From contig ONHQ01000007.1 in assembly GCA_900317685.1 (NCBI GenBank), positions 7,737 through 71,736 of the forward strand: a DNA stretch of 64,000 nucleotides. Direction: 5' to 3'. Every line of letters starts with the position of its first letter. Positions within the stretch are counted from its first letter, which is position 1. This DNA is from an uncultured Prevotella sp. GTDB lineage: Bacteria; Bacteroidota; Bacteroidia; Bacteroidales; Bacteroidaceae. Of this stretch, positions 9,715-18,919 are shown in pieces. The notes beneath the pieces were generated by a model. That model ran no database searches, was not told where the DNA came from, and worked only from the letters and a program-made list of their open reading frames with translations. A program made the position numbers and the translations under genes.

Positions 9715-11751
9715 TTACTTCAAATTATATCGGATGCCGATATATCCTCTTGCACCCTGCATGGGTCCCCACACGAGCGTAGGATCGAAGGTGCTGCTCC
9801 AAGGATGGGCAGCATCGATGATCGGATTTTTTTGCTTGTAGTCCGTGAGGTTCTCACCTCCTATATAAACAGAGAAGTGGCGGAAAGTACGGGTGATCTG
9901 CGCGTTGAGCTGACCGTAGGCTGGGTAACTCTCTTTCCATGAGGGTGTGCCGTCGGTCGTGGTGTAAGCCTTGGGCAGACGACCGCCGCCGTTAAGGGCG
10001 AAGGTAGCGTCAAACTGCCAAAGACCAAGCGGAGTCTTGTACGAGGCCGTGAGCAGTCCCTTGTAGCGGTTGGTCAGCGGCTGACGCATGAGCTCACCAC
10101 CGTAGGTCGTCTTCACGTCGTTGTAGCGGTAGGCAGCCGTCATGGTCATGCCCCGGAAGAGGTCGTAGGTGGCGTCGATCTGGAACGTGTGGGAGTAGGA
10201 CTTGCCGTGCAGATTGCTGATATGAATCTGTGTCGGATCAGTGTCATAATCGATGACAGCCTGATTACCGAAACGGGTATAGTAGTACTCTGCATTGAGC
10301 TTCAGCGTCTGACGTCCGAGTGGGATGTTCAGTGCCGTGCTGAGTCCATAGTTCCACGCATTCTCCTGATCGAGCTTGTCGATGACGAGCTGACGTCCGC
10401 TGGCCATGAGATAGTTGTTCTCTGCCAGGGCATGCACCGTGCGATAGCCCTTACCGGCCGAGGCGCGCAGGCTCCACAGGTCGTTGACCTGCCACTTCAC
10501 ATGAAAGCGGGGCGTGACGAAGGTGCCGTATTCCGAGCTGTGGTCGACGCGGATGCCCGCCATGGCCACGAGACGCTCGTGGAGGTTGTAGGTGTACTGG
10601 GCATAGCCGCCGACGACATTCTCCTTCTCGTTGAGCCGCTGGCCGAGGTAGGTCTGACCAACATAGTCGTGGTTGAACGAGGCACCGAGTGCAAGGTTGT
10701 GCTCAGGAGTGAAGTTAGTCTCGAACATCAGTTGCGAGTAGACGTTCTTCTCGTTGACGTCGTAAGCCTTACGGCCGTAGGTGGCATCCATCTCGTGCAT
10801 CGAGGCCGACGACATCCAGGCGATGTTTGTGCCGTGGCTGGGATCGAGGATAAAGGCGTGCTTCATATACCCCTCGTAGCGGTGGGTGTTGAGATTAATG
10901 CGGTAGAGTGGCTCGGTCTGATGGTCGAGCACACCCTCGTGGTTGGTCTGTCCGCTCTCGCGCTTCTCGTCCAAGAGCGAGAGACCACCGTGGAAGATAT
11001 AGTTGCCCGTCTTGCCATACCAGCGGTTCTGCAAGTTGAACTGCCGTGTCTGCGGGTCGTCCATAAATCCGTCTTTGTTGCTGTCGTGCTCCTTAAGATT
11101 GTCCTCATAGTGTCCGAGGATCTCGGTGCTCAGTCCCTTGACGATGTGTACGTTTCCATCGGCATTGGCCTCGATGCGGCTCATGGTGTTGCCATAGAGG
11201 TTGACGTGCACATTCTCGTCGTCTTCGGGCTTGAGATACTCCACGTTGATCTGTCCCGTCATAGCCTCGTAGCCGTTTTTCACACTGGCATTGCCCTTGC
11301 TCACCTGTATGCTTTTCATCCATGTGCCTGGCACATAGCCTAAGGAATAGGGTATGGCGGCACCACGGAAGTTGGGGAGGTTCTCGGTGAGCATCTGCAC
11401 GTATTTGCCGCTGAGTCCGAGCAACTTGATCTGCTTGGCACCTGTGGCGGCGTCGTTATAGCTCACGTCGACCGAGGGATTGGTGGTGAAGCTCTCGCCG
11501 AGGTTGCAGCAAGCAGCCTTGAAGAGTTCGTCTTGAGACATGATCTGTCCGTTCATGGCGCCCTTCATGCGCAGCATGCCGGGTTTGCGACTAACCACCT
11601 GCACCTCATGAAGCGTCTGATCGGGCATGGTGCCTACGCTGTCGAGGGCACTGGTAGCTGTGGTGTCGGTATCCTGAACGGGTGCCTTCTGGGCAAGAGA
11701 GGGGTGTGCCAGCATTCCCATCATGCCGGCAAGCAAAATATTCTTATTCAT
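9715..11751 (-). CDS. TonB-dependent outer-membrane receptor, probably for a metal
   Basis: Signal peptide; plug with AACCNLGESF and IQVSKG; barrel end GENLTD...YIGIRYNL; clustered with the HMA protein. Confidence 0.9.
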   Translation of the reverse strand: MNKNILLAGMMGMLAHPSLAQKAPVQDTDTTATSALDSVGTMPDQTLHEVQVVSRKPGMLRMKGAMNGQIMSQDELFKAACCNLGESFTTNPSVDVSYNDAATGAKQIKLLGLSGKYVQMLTENLPNFRGAAIPYSLGYVPGTWMKSIQVSKGNASVKNGYEAMTGQINVEYLKPEDDENVHVNLYGNTMSRIEANADGNVHIVKGLSTEILGHYEDNLKEHDSNKDGFMDDPQTRQFNLQNRWYGKTGNYIFHGGLSLLDEKRESGQTNHEGVLDHQTEPLYRINLNTHRYEGYMKHAFILDPSHGTNIAWMSSASMHEMDATYGRKAYDVNEKNVYSQLMFETNFTPEHNLALGASFNHDYVGQTYLGQRLNEKENVVGGYAQYTYNLHERLVAMAGIRVDHSSEYGTFVTPRFHVKWQVNDLWSLRASAGKGYRTVHALAENNYLMASGRQLVIDKLDQENAWNYGLSTALNIPLGRQTLKLNAEYYYTRFGNQAVIDYDTDPTQIHISNLHGKSYSHTFQIDATYDLFRGMTMTAAYRYNDVKTTYGGELMRQPLTNRYKGLLTASYKTPLGLWQFDATFALNGGGRLPKAYTTTDGTPSWKESYPAYGQLNAQITRTFRHFSVYIGGENLTDYKQKNPIIDAAHPWSSTFDPTLVWGPMQGARGYIGIRYNLK

Positions 11752-11843
11752 TGATAATTTCCTTTGAATGATTCATTGACTGCGAAATAAGCGATTCTCC
11801 TTTCCTTTGTGGCTATACATATATAGCCTGCGTCAATGAAGAT

Positions 11844-12221
11844 TCAAAGTCTGAGCACACGCAAATGGTGCAGGTACTCCCGCGGAGGCGAGCACCAAGC
11901 GGGGATGTATGCGCTGGGCGCATGTATGGAGATGAATGTATGAGCGAGGGATAGCAGACCCGTGGCGGGCATAATGGCCACCCAGTTCTGCGAGAAGTCG
12001 AAGAGATGGCTCTCTGCCAGTGAGCTCGGCGCCAATTTGATAGTCTTCACCACCATGCAACCCTTCATGCCGTGGCAGTCGTGATTACCCTGTGCCTCAG
12101 CTATCTGCACTACCTCAGCGCGGCCAGAGTGCATGCACACTTCCACGCTCAGTCCTGCGCTCATCGCCACAATCAGCAATGAGAGCACCAATACCGGAAA
12201 TATGTGCAATAGTCTCTTCAT
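11844..12221 (-). CDS. Small Cys/His-rich membrane-anchored protein (HYC_CC_PP-like) heading the metal-uptake operon
   Basis: Hydrophobic N-terminus, VCMH, HDCHGMKGC and C-terminal SPPREYL...LRL. Start moved to ATG 12221 because a TAACTTTG -7 box lies at 12227-12234. Confidence 0.7.
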   Translation of the reverse strand: MKRLLHIFPVLVLSLLIVAMSAGLSVEVCMHSGRAEVVQIAEAQGNHDCHGMKGCMVVKTIKLAPSSLAESHLFDFSQNWVAIMPATGLLSLAHTFISIHAPSAYIPAWCSPPREYLHHLRVLRL

Positions 12222-12388
12222 GTCCACAAAGTTACGAAAAAGATTCAGTACTACCATAATATCAGCCACTTAATAAATGCTAATTGCCATGAAAACATAA
12301 CATTTTTGCAAGATTTCACAAAAGGAAGCCGGATACCTATAAATGTGGCGGTGTGGCGCATAGAAGAAAGAGCTTACAATGCATAGCA

Positions 12389-12621
12389 CCGTAACAGCGT
12401 AACACCGTAACACCGTAACATTTATAGATATTACATGTTGTGGAGATGCAGAATACAAGAAAATGTGATAATTAATAATTATATAAAATACTAATAATTA
12501 ATATAATATAATATTATTATATAATATATTTTTACCTTATAGTCTCATTATTACGGCTTTTCTCAACCTCAATATGCGTATCTACCTTATGTTACGGTGT
12601 TACGGTGTTACGGTGTTACGC
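12389..12621. repeat. Inverted arrays of 8-bp repeats, 4 x (C/G)CGTAACA and 4 x TGTTACG(G/C), flanking an A/T-rich core
   Basis: Left units at 12389-12420, right units at 12590-12621; the core at about 12469-12534 is nearly pure A/T. Confidence 0.92.
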
Positions 12622-12627
12622 AAATAA

Positions 12628-12678
12628 AAGCCCCCCCAGTCTTCTCTTCAAAAGGAGAGAGGTATGGGGTGAGGGCTT
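12628..12678. repeat. Degenerate REP/boxC-like GC-rich palindrome
   Basis: AAGCCCCCCC...CTTCTCTTC AAAA GGAGAGAGG...GGGGTGAGGGCTT; a pyrimidine arm and a purine arm. Confidence 0.5.
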
Positions 12679-12794
12679 GAAGGATCGTTTTCGTGCTCCG
12701 CAACAATAATTACGCCCTCCACAAACCATAAATATAAGAAAATGAGCTTTACGACTTTCTGTTAACGGATTTTAACTGCAATAGAAGCATTGAT

Positions 12795-12826
12795 TTTGGA
12801 TACTGAAAGATTGAATTGTATCTTTG
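12795..12826 (+). promoter_or_regulatory. Bacteroidetes primary-sigma promoter with no obvious downstream sense gene
   Basis: TTTG (12795-12798), 20-nt spacer, TATCTTTG (12819-12826). Confidence 0.55.
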
Positions 12827-12887
12827 CAAATGAAAATAAAAAGAGCCACTTAATCACCACTCCGAGAGGAGCTAAGGGCTGAAACTT

Positions 12888-13781
12888 TTACACCTTAAAA
12901 TAGTCGTTGAGTGCTGTCAGTGCCTGCTGGTTGTCGTTAGCGAGATCCTCGATGACCTTTCCGTCCTCCAACAGCACGACACGGGTGGAGACATCGACAA
13001 GATGCTGGAGGTTGTGACTGCTAATGAGGATGGTGGCACCCGTCCGGTGATGATAGTCGAGCAAGAGCTTTTTGAGGAAGTTCTGCCCGGTTGGGTCCAG
13101 GAAGTTGAACGGTTCGTCGAGAATCAAGAGCTCAGGTCGCGAGATCATAGCTGCCATGATTCCTATCTTCTGCTTGTTGCCGGCACTGTATTCGCGGATG
13201 AGTTTTTTCTGATCGAAGATTTGTCCCTCGGCGAACTCCCTAAATCCCTGCACAAGCGGATCATCACTGACATTCCAGTCCACAGAGGAGAGCCCTTGCA
13301 CCCTGATGATGAAATCGAGATACTCCTCGACAGAGAGGAAGTCGATGAGGAAGGTGTCGTCGATGAAGGCTCCGGTCATCTTCTTCCATTCCTCGCTTTT
13401 CGCCGGATCGATGCTCACGCGGGACACATCAGAAAGTGCAGTAAATTGAGAAGTCTGAGAAGACAGAGTAGACGCAGAGGATTGAACAGGCGCAGGGGAT
13501 TGAGCAGACACAGAGGATTGAGTAGACGCAGAGGATTGAGCAGACGCAGAGGATTGAACAGATGCAGGGGACTGATCTTTAGGGCCACCGTGTGGCGTGA
13601 ATAACACCTCACCGGAGTCAGCCCGAAGCAGGTCGAGCATCAGACGGAAGAGCGTTGTCTTTCCGGCTCCGTTGTTTCCCACGAGTCCGATGATCTCGCC
13701 GTCGCCAATCTCAAGTTGCGGGATGTCGACAGCAACCTTTTCACCAAAGGATTTAGACAGTTGTTGGAGTTGGATTTTCAT
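12888..13781 (-). CDS. ABC transporter ATP-binding protein with an internal Ser/Ala/Gln repeat insertion; no adjacent permease
   Basis: Walker A GNNGAGKT, signature YSAGNKQK, Walker B LILDEP, H-loop SSH. Start taken at MKIQ (13781). Confidence 0.9.
   Translation of the reverse strand: MKIQLQQLSKSFGEKVAVDIPQLEIGDGEIIGLVGNNGAGKTTLFRLMLDLLRADSGEVLFTPHGGPKDQSPASVQSSASAQSSASTQSSVSAQSPAPVQSSASTLSSQTSQFTALSDVSRVSIDPAKSEEWKKMTGAFIDDTFLIDFLSVEEYLDFIIRVQGLSSVDWNVSDDPLVQGFREFAEGQIFDQKKLIREYSAGNKQKIGIMAAMISRPELLILDEPFNFLDPTGQNFLKKLLLDYHHRTGATILISSHNLQHLVDVSTRVVLLEDGKVIEDLANDNQQALTALNDYFKV
13466..13573 (-). repeat. Six in-frame 18-bp tandem repeats encoding QS(S/P)(A/V)(S/P)x
   Basis: Plus-strand units resemble GAGCAGACGCAGAGGATT; the protein reads QSPASV QSSASA QSSAST QSSVSA QSPAPV QSSAST. 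Confidence 0.92.
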
Positions 13782-13809
13782 AATCAGCGCAAATATCAGT
13801 GACATATTG

Positions 13810-13838
13810 AAAAAGGGCCGGCCACGGGGCCGACCCTT
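13810..13838 (-). terminator. Probable terminator after secA
   Basis: GC-rich stem AAGGGCCGGCC/GGCCGACCCTT with a T-run on the minus strand. Confidence 0.65.
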
Positions 13839-13857
13839 ATTGATGAGAGGTCAAGGA

Positions 13858-16800
13858 TTAACGCAATCCTTTACCATGACAATTCTTGAATTTTTTACCG
13901 CTTCCGCAGGGGCAGGGATCATTAGGTCTCGGCATCTTCTCGCGGATGATGGGTTGCCGATGCTGTTCAGCACCCTCGCGGGTGTCCTGCTGTGCGGCCT
14001 GCTGCTGTGCGCGCTCAATCTCGTCGATGTCGTCTTTCTGCTCCTGATAGCGCTGTGCATGCTCCTCGGGCGCAGCCTCCTGCACCTGCTGGCTCTGCAC
14101 CTGCACGGGGATCTGGCCACGCATAAGGAAGCTGGCCACACGCGTGTTCATATCGTCAATCATTGAATCCCAAAGTTTGGCACTTTCGAGTTTGAAGACC
14201 AACAGCGGATCCTTCTGCTCGTAGGACGCATTCTGCACACTGTGACGCAACTCGTCGAGCTGACGGAGATTCTCCTTCCAGTCGTCATCAATGATATGTA
14301 GCATGACAAACTTCTCGAACTCCTTGACCACATTCTTGGCCTCGGTCTCGTAAGCCTCCTTAAGGTTGACGCGGAGGTTAACCACATGACGACCGTCGGT
14401 GATGGGCACGAGGATATACTGATAGACATCGCCCTGTGTCTCATAAACCTGCTTGATGACCGGATAGGCATCGCTCTGTATGCGGTCGGTCTTGCGTTTG
14501 AAAGCTGCCATCGCATCCTGGAAAGCGCGCTCCTCAAGTTCGGCCTTGCTGGTACCCTCATATTCATTCTCATCAAAGGGAATCTCCATAGACAGTACCT
14601 CGAAGAAGCTCTCTTTGGCACCTTTATAGTCGTTGGTCTCGATGATGTTGACCACACGGTCCCAAAGCACGTTGGCGATGTCCATACCGATACGCTCACC
14701 CATAAGGGCATGGCGGCGCTTCTCGTAAATGACGCTACGCTGCTTGTTCATCACATCATCGTATTCGAGCAGATGCTTACGGATACCGAAGTTATTCTCC
14801 TCGACCTTCTTCTGTGCGCGCTCTATGCTACGTGAGATCATCGGACTCTCGATACGCTCGCCATCCTCGAAACCGAGGCGATCCATGACCTTGGCAATGC
14901 GCTCAGAACCGAACTTACGCATCAAGTCGTCCTCCAAAGAGACGTAGAAAACGGAGGAACCCGGGTCGCCCTGACGTCCGGCACGACCACGCAACTGGCG
15001 GTCGACACGACGGCTCTCGTGGCGTGTGGTGCCGATGATGGCGAGACCGCCCGCAGCCTTGACCTCAGGTGTGAGCTTTATATCGGTACCACGACCGGCC
15101 ATGTTGGTAGCGATGGTGACAGCACCGAGCATCCGCTCCTCGTTGTGAATATTGTCCTCAGCTCTCTGACCCTTGAGATTTTCGTCAGCACCCTTGGCAC
15201 CCTTGTCGGCAGCGTCGATGAGCTGCTGCTCATAGCGCAGTGTTGTCGGCTTGTCGGTGAAGGCACGACCGTCGCTGGCCACCCACACCATACCCTTGGT
15301 GCTCTTACCGGCCTCGGCGACAATCATAGCCTCCTTCTGATGGAGTTTGGCGTTGAGGACCTGATGAGGAATCTTGCGCATGGTCAGCATCTTGGAGAGC
15401 AACTCGCTGATCTCGACCGATGTGGTACCCACCAGGCTCGGGCGTCCCTGGACACGCATGTTTTCGATCTCCTCGATGACAGCACGGTATTTCTCACGGT
15501 TGGTCTTGTAGACGCGGTCATCCATATCGTTGCGGATGACAGGTTTGTTGGTAGGAATCTCAACGACATCAAGCTTGTAGATGTCCCAGAACTCACCGGC
15601 CTCGGTGCTGGCGGTACCAGTCATACCGGCAAGCTTGTGATACATACGGAAATAGTTCTGCAGCGTGATGGTGGCAAAAGTCTGTGTGGCAGCCTCCACC
15701 TTGACGTGCTCCTTGGCCTCGATAGCCTGATGGAGTCCGTCGCTCCAGCGGCGTCCCTCCATGATACGTCCAGTCTGCTCGTCGACGATCTTCACCTCAC
15801 CATCCATAACGACATATTCGTCGTCTTTGTTGAACATGGTATAAGCCTTCAACAGCTGCTGCAACGTATGTACTCTATCGCTCTGAACAGCATAATGGTT
15901 GAGCAGATCGTCCTTCTTGTCGAGACGCTCCTGGTCGCTCAATGTCTTGTCGCCCTCGAGAGCAGATAGCTCAGCAGCAATATCTGGGAGCACAAAGAGG
16001 TTCTTATCGTTGACCTGCTTGGAGAGCCAGTCGGTACCCTTGTCGGTGAGATCTGCACTATTGAGTTTCTCGTCAACAACGAAATAGAGCGGCTCTACAG
16101 CTTGTGGCATCAGTCGGTTGTTGTTCTCCATATAGATCTCCTCGGTCTTCTGCAGACCAGCCTTGATGCCTTCTTCTGAGAGATACTTGATTAAAGCCTT
16201 GTTCTTAGGCAGTGCTTTATAGGAACGGAAGAGGCTGAGGAATCCGTCCTCAATCTCCTTCTGATCGTTTTTCTCACGTCCCTCAGTGATTTTCTGTCGT
16301 GCCTCTGCCAAGAGCTCGGTAGCCTGCTTGCGCTGCACTTCATAGAGACGCTCCACCAGCGGCTGATACTCCTCATACATTTGGTCGTCGCCCTTGGGGA
16401 TAGGACCGGAGATGATCAGCGGGGTGCGGGCGTCATCAATAAGCACGGAGTCGACCTCATCGACGATGGCATAGTTGTGGCGGCGCTGCACCAAGTCGCT
16501 TGGCGACAGAGCCATATTGTCACGCAAATAGTCGAAACCAAACTCATTATTGGTACCGAAAGTAATATCGGCCTGATAAGCCTTGCGGCGTGCGGGAGAG
16601 TTGGGCTGATGCTTGTCGATGCAGTCAACAGAGAGTCCGTGGAACTCATAGAGCGGTCCCATCCACTCGGAGTCACGCTTGGCCAGATAGTCGTTGACGG
16701 TGACCATGTGCACACCATTGCCGGTCAAGGCATTGAGAAACACGGGCAGTGTACCCACAAGGGTCTTGCCCTCACCAGTGGCCATCTCAGCGATCTTACC

Positions 16801-17358
16801 CTGATGGAGGGCGATACCACCGAAGAGCTGCACGTCGTAGTGAACCATGTTCCATTTGATTTTGTTGCCACCGGCCGTCCACTCATTGTGGTAAATGGCC
16901 TTGTCGCCGTCAATGGTGATAAAATCATTGGCAGGGTTGGCAGCGAGCTCACGGTCGAAATCCGTAGCAGTGACCACAGTCTCCTCATTCTCTGAGAAGC
17001 GGCGTGCCGTGTCCTTAACAATACTGAAGGCAACAGGCATCACCTCATTGAGAGCTTTCTCCAAAGCGTCGAGCATCTCTTTGTCCTGCTTGTCGATCTC
17101 GTTGAAGATCGGCTCTCGCTCGTCGATAGGAGTCTCTTCGATCTTTGCCTTGAGCTCAGCGATTTTTTCCTTATAAGGCTTGGCAGCTCCCTGCACATAG
17201 TCACGAATCTCTTTTGACTTGGCGCGGAGCTCATCATTGCTCAACTTGGCGATATCAGGATATGCCTGCTTCACTTTCTCCACCAAAGGCTGGATGAGCT
17301 TCATATCACGGCTTGACTTATCGCCGAAGAGCGACTTTAAGATTTTGTTGAAATTCAT
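13858..17358 (-). CDS. secA: Preprotein translocase ATPase SecA
   Basis: [41 protein letters not shown] and C-terminal SEC-C motif [13 protein letters not shown]. Confidence 0.99.
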   Translation of the reverse strand: MNFNKILKSLFGDKSSRDMKLIQPLVEKVKQAYPDIAKLSNDELRAKSKEIRDYVQGAAKPYKEKIAELKAKIEETPIDEREPIFNEIDKQDKEMLDALEKALNEVMPVAFSIVKDTARRFSENEETVVTATDFDRELAANPANDFITIDGDKAIYHNEWTAGGNKIKWNMVHYDVQLFGGIALHQGKIAEMATGEGKTLVGTLPVFLNALTGNGVHMVTVNDYLAKRDSEWMGPLYEFHGLSVDCIDKHQPNSPARRKAYQADITFGTNNEFGFDYLRDNMALSPSDLVQRRHNYAIVDEVDSVLIDDARTPLIISGPIPKGDDQMYEEYQPLVERLYEVQRKQATELLAEARQKITEGREKNDQKEIEDGFLSLFRSYKALPKNKALIKYLSEEGIKAGLQKTEEIYMENNNRLMPQAVEPLYFVVDEKLNSADLTDKGTDWLSKQVNDKNLFVLPDIAAELSALEGDKTLSDQERLDKKDDLLNHYAVQSDRVHTLQQLLKAYTMFNKDDEYVVMDGEVKIVDEQTGRIMEGRRWSDGLHQAIEAKEHVKVEAATQTFATITLQNYFRMYHKLAGMTGTASTEAGEFWDIYKLDVVEIPTNKPVIRNDMDDRVYKTNREKYRAVIEEIENMRVQGRPSLVGTTSVEISELLSKMLTMRKIPHQVLNAKLHQKEAMIVAEAGKSTKGMVWVASDGRAFTDKPTTLRYEQQLIDAADKGAKGADENLKGQRAEDNIHNEERMLGAVTIATNMAGRGTDIKLTPEVKAAGGLAIIGTTRHESRRVDRQLRGRAGRQGDPGSSVFYVSLEDDLMRKFGSERIAKVMDRLGFEDGERIESPMISRSIERAQKKVEENNFGIRKHLLEYDDVMNKQRSVIYEKRRHALMGERIGMDIANVLWDRVVNIIETNDYKGAKESFFEVLSMEIPFDENEYEGTSKAELEERAFQDAMAAFKRKTDRIQSDAYPVIKQVYETQGDVYQYILVPITDGRHVVNLRVNLKEAYETEAKNVVKEFEKFVMLHIIDDDWKENLRQLDELRHSVQNASYEQKDPLLVFKLESAKLWDSMIDDMNTRVASFLMRGQIPVQVQSQQVQEAAPEEHAQRYQEQKDDIDEIERAQQQAAQQDTREGAEQHRQPIIREKMPRPNDPCPCGSGKKFKNCHGKGLR

Positions 17359-17508
17359 TTATCTTGTCTGTTATTTATTACAATAAGGAATAGAGAGCGA
17401 ACGGGTCGCTCTTGCAAAATTAATAAGATTTTCTGAATTATTACCACCATTTACGATATATTTACGCTTTTGGTGGTAATAATTTCCCTTGATGCATCCA
17501 ATAGAAGC

Positions 17509-18912
17509 TTAGAACAAGGGAGCTGTGGTGCAACCGTTGGGTGCCCTGATACGGATGGCCTTTGCCACCGTGGAAGCCACGCAGTCTACGCTCACGGGAG
17601 TCTTTACGACCTCGTGAGGCATATTGCTTCCCAAGAAAATGATGGGGAAAGGCATGAAGCCGGCACTGCTGTAAATGACCTGCTGGGTGTCTTCATTGAG
17701 CAGCTTCCACCCCGGTGCCACGTCGATGATGATGTCGCCGCAGTTGGTGGGATTGTATCCGTTACGGATCTTTAGGATGTCGTTGTTGCCAGCCATAAGA
17801 CGCTCGCTGGTATAGACATCAGCGACACCGGCATTCTGAATGAGGAAGTCCTGACTACGACCAAGAATCTCATTCATCGAAAGCCTCTTCTGCTCAATAA
17901 GCTTATGGTTGAGATACATCTCATTGCCATAGCACTGCTCTACGTATCTACCCTGACCATAGATGGCACTGAGATACATGTTGAGCAAATTGGCCGTACG
18001 GTTGATATAGAAAGTACCCGAGGGTACACGATATTTATCCAAGTCCTTGCGGGCCTCATCGGAATAGCCGGTAGAGGTGACCACAAACAGCACTTTGTCC
18101 TTACCCACTTGTTGCTCCACACCCGAGATGAGCGTGGCCAACGTATGGTCGAGCTGCATGTAAACGCTCTCCATACACGTCTGCCAACTCTCGTTTTCCT
18201 TACCCTTGGCACGCGCCGCCGACAGGGTGACATAGAGCAGGTCTGGCATCTCGTCGCGACCCATTGCAGCGGAAGTCACGGCTTGCAGCGACACCGACAC
18301 TACATTATCGTTGGCAAGCGCTGCAGCCCGGCCCTGCTGAGGGTGAAGGGTGTTGTAGGCTTTGAGCCATGCGGGCAAAGAGGTGCTATAATACTTAGTA
18401 CCGGTCCACGTGCCATTGGTACCCATCCAAAAAGCGCCGTCGGCTGCATGTCCGGCCGACAAAATGGCAGATTCCTTGTCCTGAGAGAAGCTGTAGACAA
18501 TAGCAGTGCCGTTGCTGCTCATCTTGAGTTCATCACCCAATGTGGAAGTCAGCAGACGTTGCGGTGAACTGCTGTACTTCTCGTCGCCCACGCAGTTGAC
18601 AGGCCGCAACGTAGAGCGGTCGAGCCATTGGGTGCCCACGATGCCATGAAGATAAGGTGTAGCGCCAGACGACAGTGTGGCAGTGGCCGACGAACGGTCG
18701 ACAGGAGTGAATGGATAGCGCCCGCCCTCATACACAAGTCCTTGCTGCATGAGGCGACGAAAGCCTCCCTGACCGTAAAGGGGATAGAAAGCCTCCATAT
18801 AGTCGGTACGCAGCTGGTCAATGGTCACATTGACCACCAACCGTGGTGCAAGCCCAAAGGCCTGCATCTCAGCAGATGTCAGCGCAGCGATGATGAAAGC
18901 TAAATATCTCAT
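17509..18912 (-). CDS. Alkaline-phosphatase-superfamily (PafA-like) exported protein, catalytic residues apparently degenerate
   Basis: PRLVVNVTIDQLRTDY, GGFRRL, HGIVG, TLGDELK and AGHAADGAFW motifs. Confidence 0.85.
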   Translation of the reverse strand: MRYLAFIIAALTSAEMQAFGLAPRLVVNVTIDQLRTDYMEAFYPLYGQGGFRRLMQQGLVYEGGRYPFTPVDRSSATATLSSGATPYLHGIVGTQWLDRSTLRPVNCVGDEKYSSSPQRLLTSTLGDELKMSSNGTAIVYSFSQDKESAILSAGHAADGAFWMGTNGTWTGTKYYSTSLPAWLKAYNTLHPQQGRAAALANDNVVSVSLQAVTSAAMGRDEMPDLLYVTLSAARAKGKENESWQTCMESVYMQLDHTLATLISGVEQQVGKDKVLFVVTSTGYSDEARKDLDKYRVPSGTFYINRTANLLNMYLSAIYGQGRYVEQCYGNEMYLNHKLIEQKRLSMNEILGRSQDFLIQNAGVADVYTSERLMAGNNDILKIRNGYNPTNCGDIIIDVAPGWKLLNEDTQQVIYSSAGFMPFPIIFLGSNMPHEVVKTPVSVDCVASTVAKAIRIRAPNGCTTAPLF

Positions 18913-18919
18913 TCTTCTG

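Noticed and set aside
10189-11343. Long antisense ORFs (this one, and 15019-15969, 24747-25916, 38816-39646, 41737-42633, 60883-61737 and others)
   Set aside because: They lie opposite well-identified genes, have no motifs, and are expected from codon bias that depletes antisense stop codons.
12389-12621. 8-bp repeat arrays as a CRISPR array, or as the origin for the Rep_3 protein
   Set aside because: There are no spacers or cas genes. The units are far shorter than typical Rep_3 iterons, share nothing with the TTTCGGA inverted repeat at rep, and lie 26 kb away.
15130-15300. SecA insertion as an intein
   Set aside because: Too short, and it lacks the N-terminal Cys/Ser and C-terminal His-Asn splice motifs.
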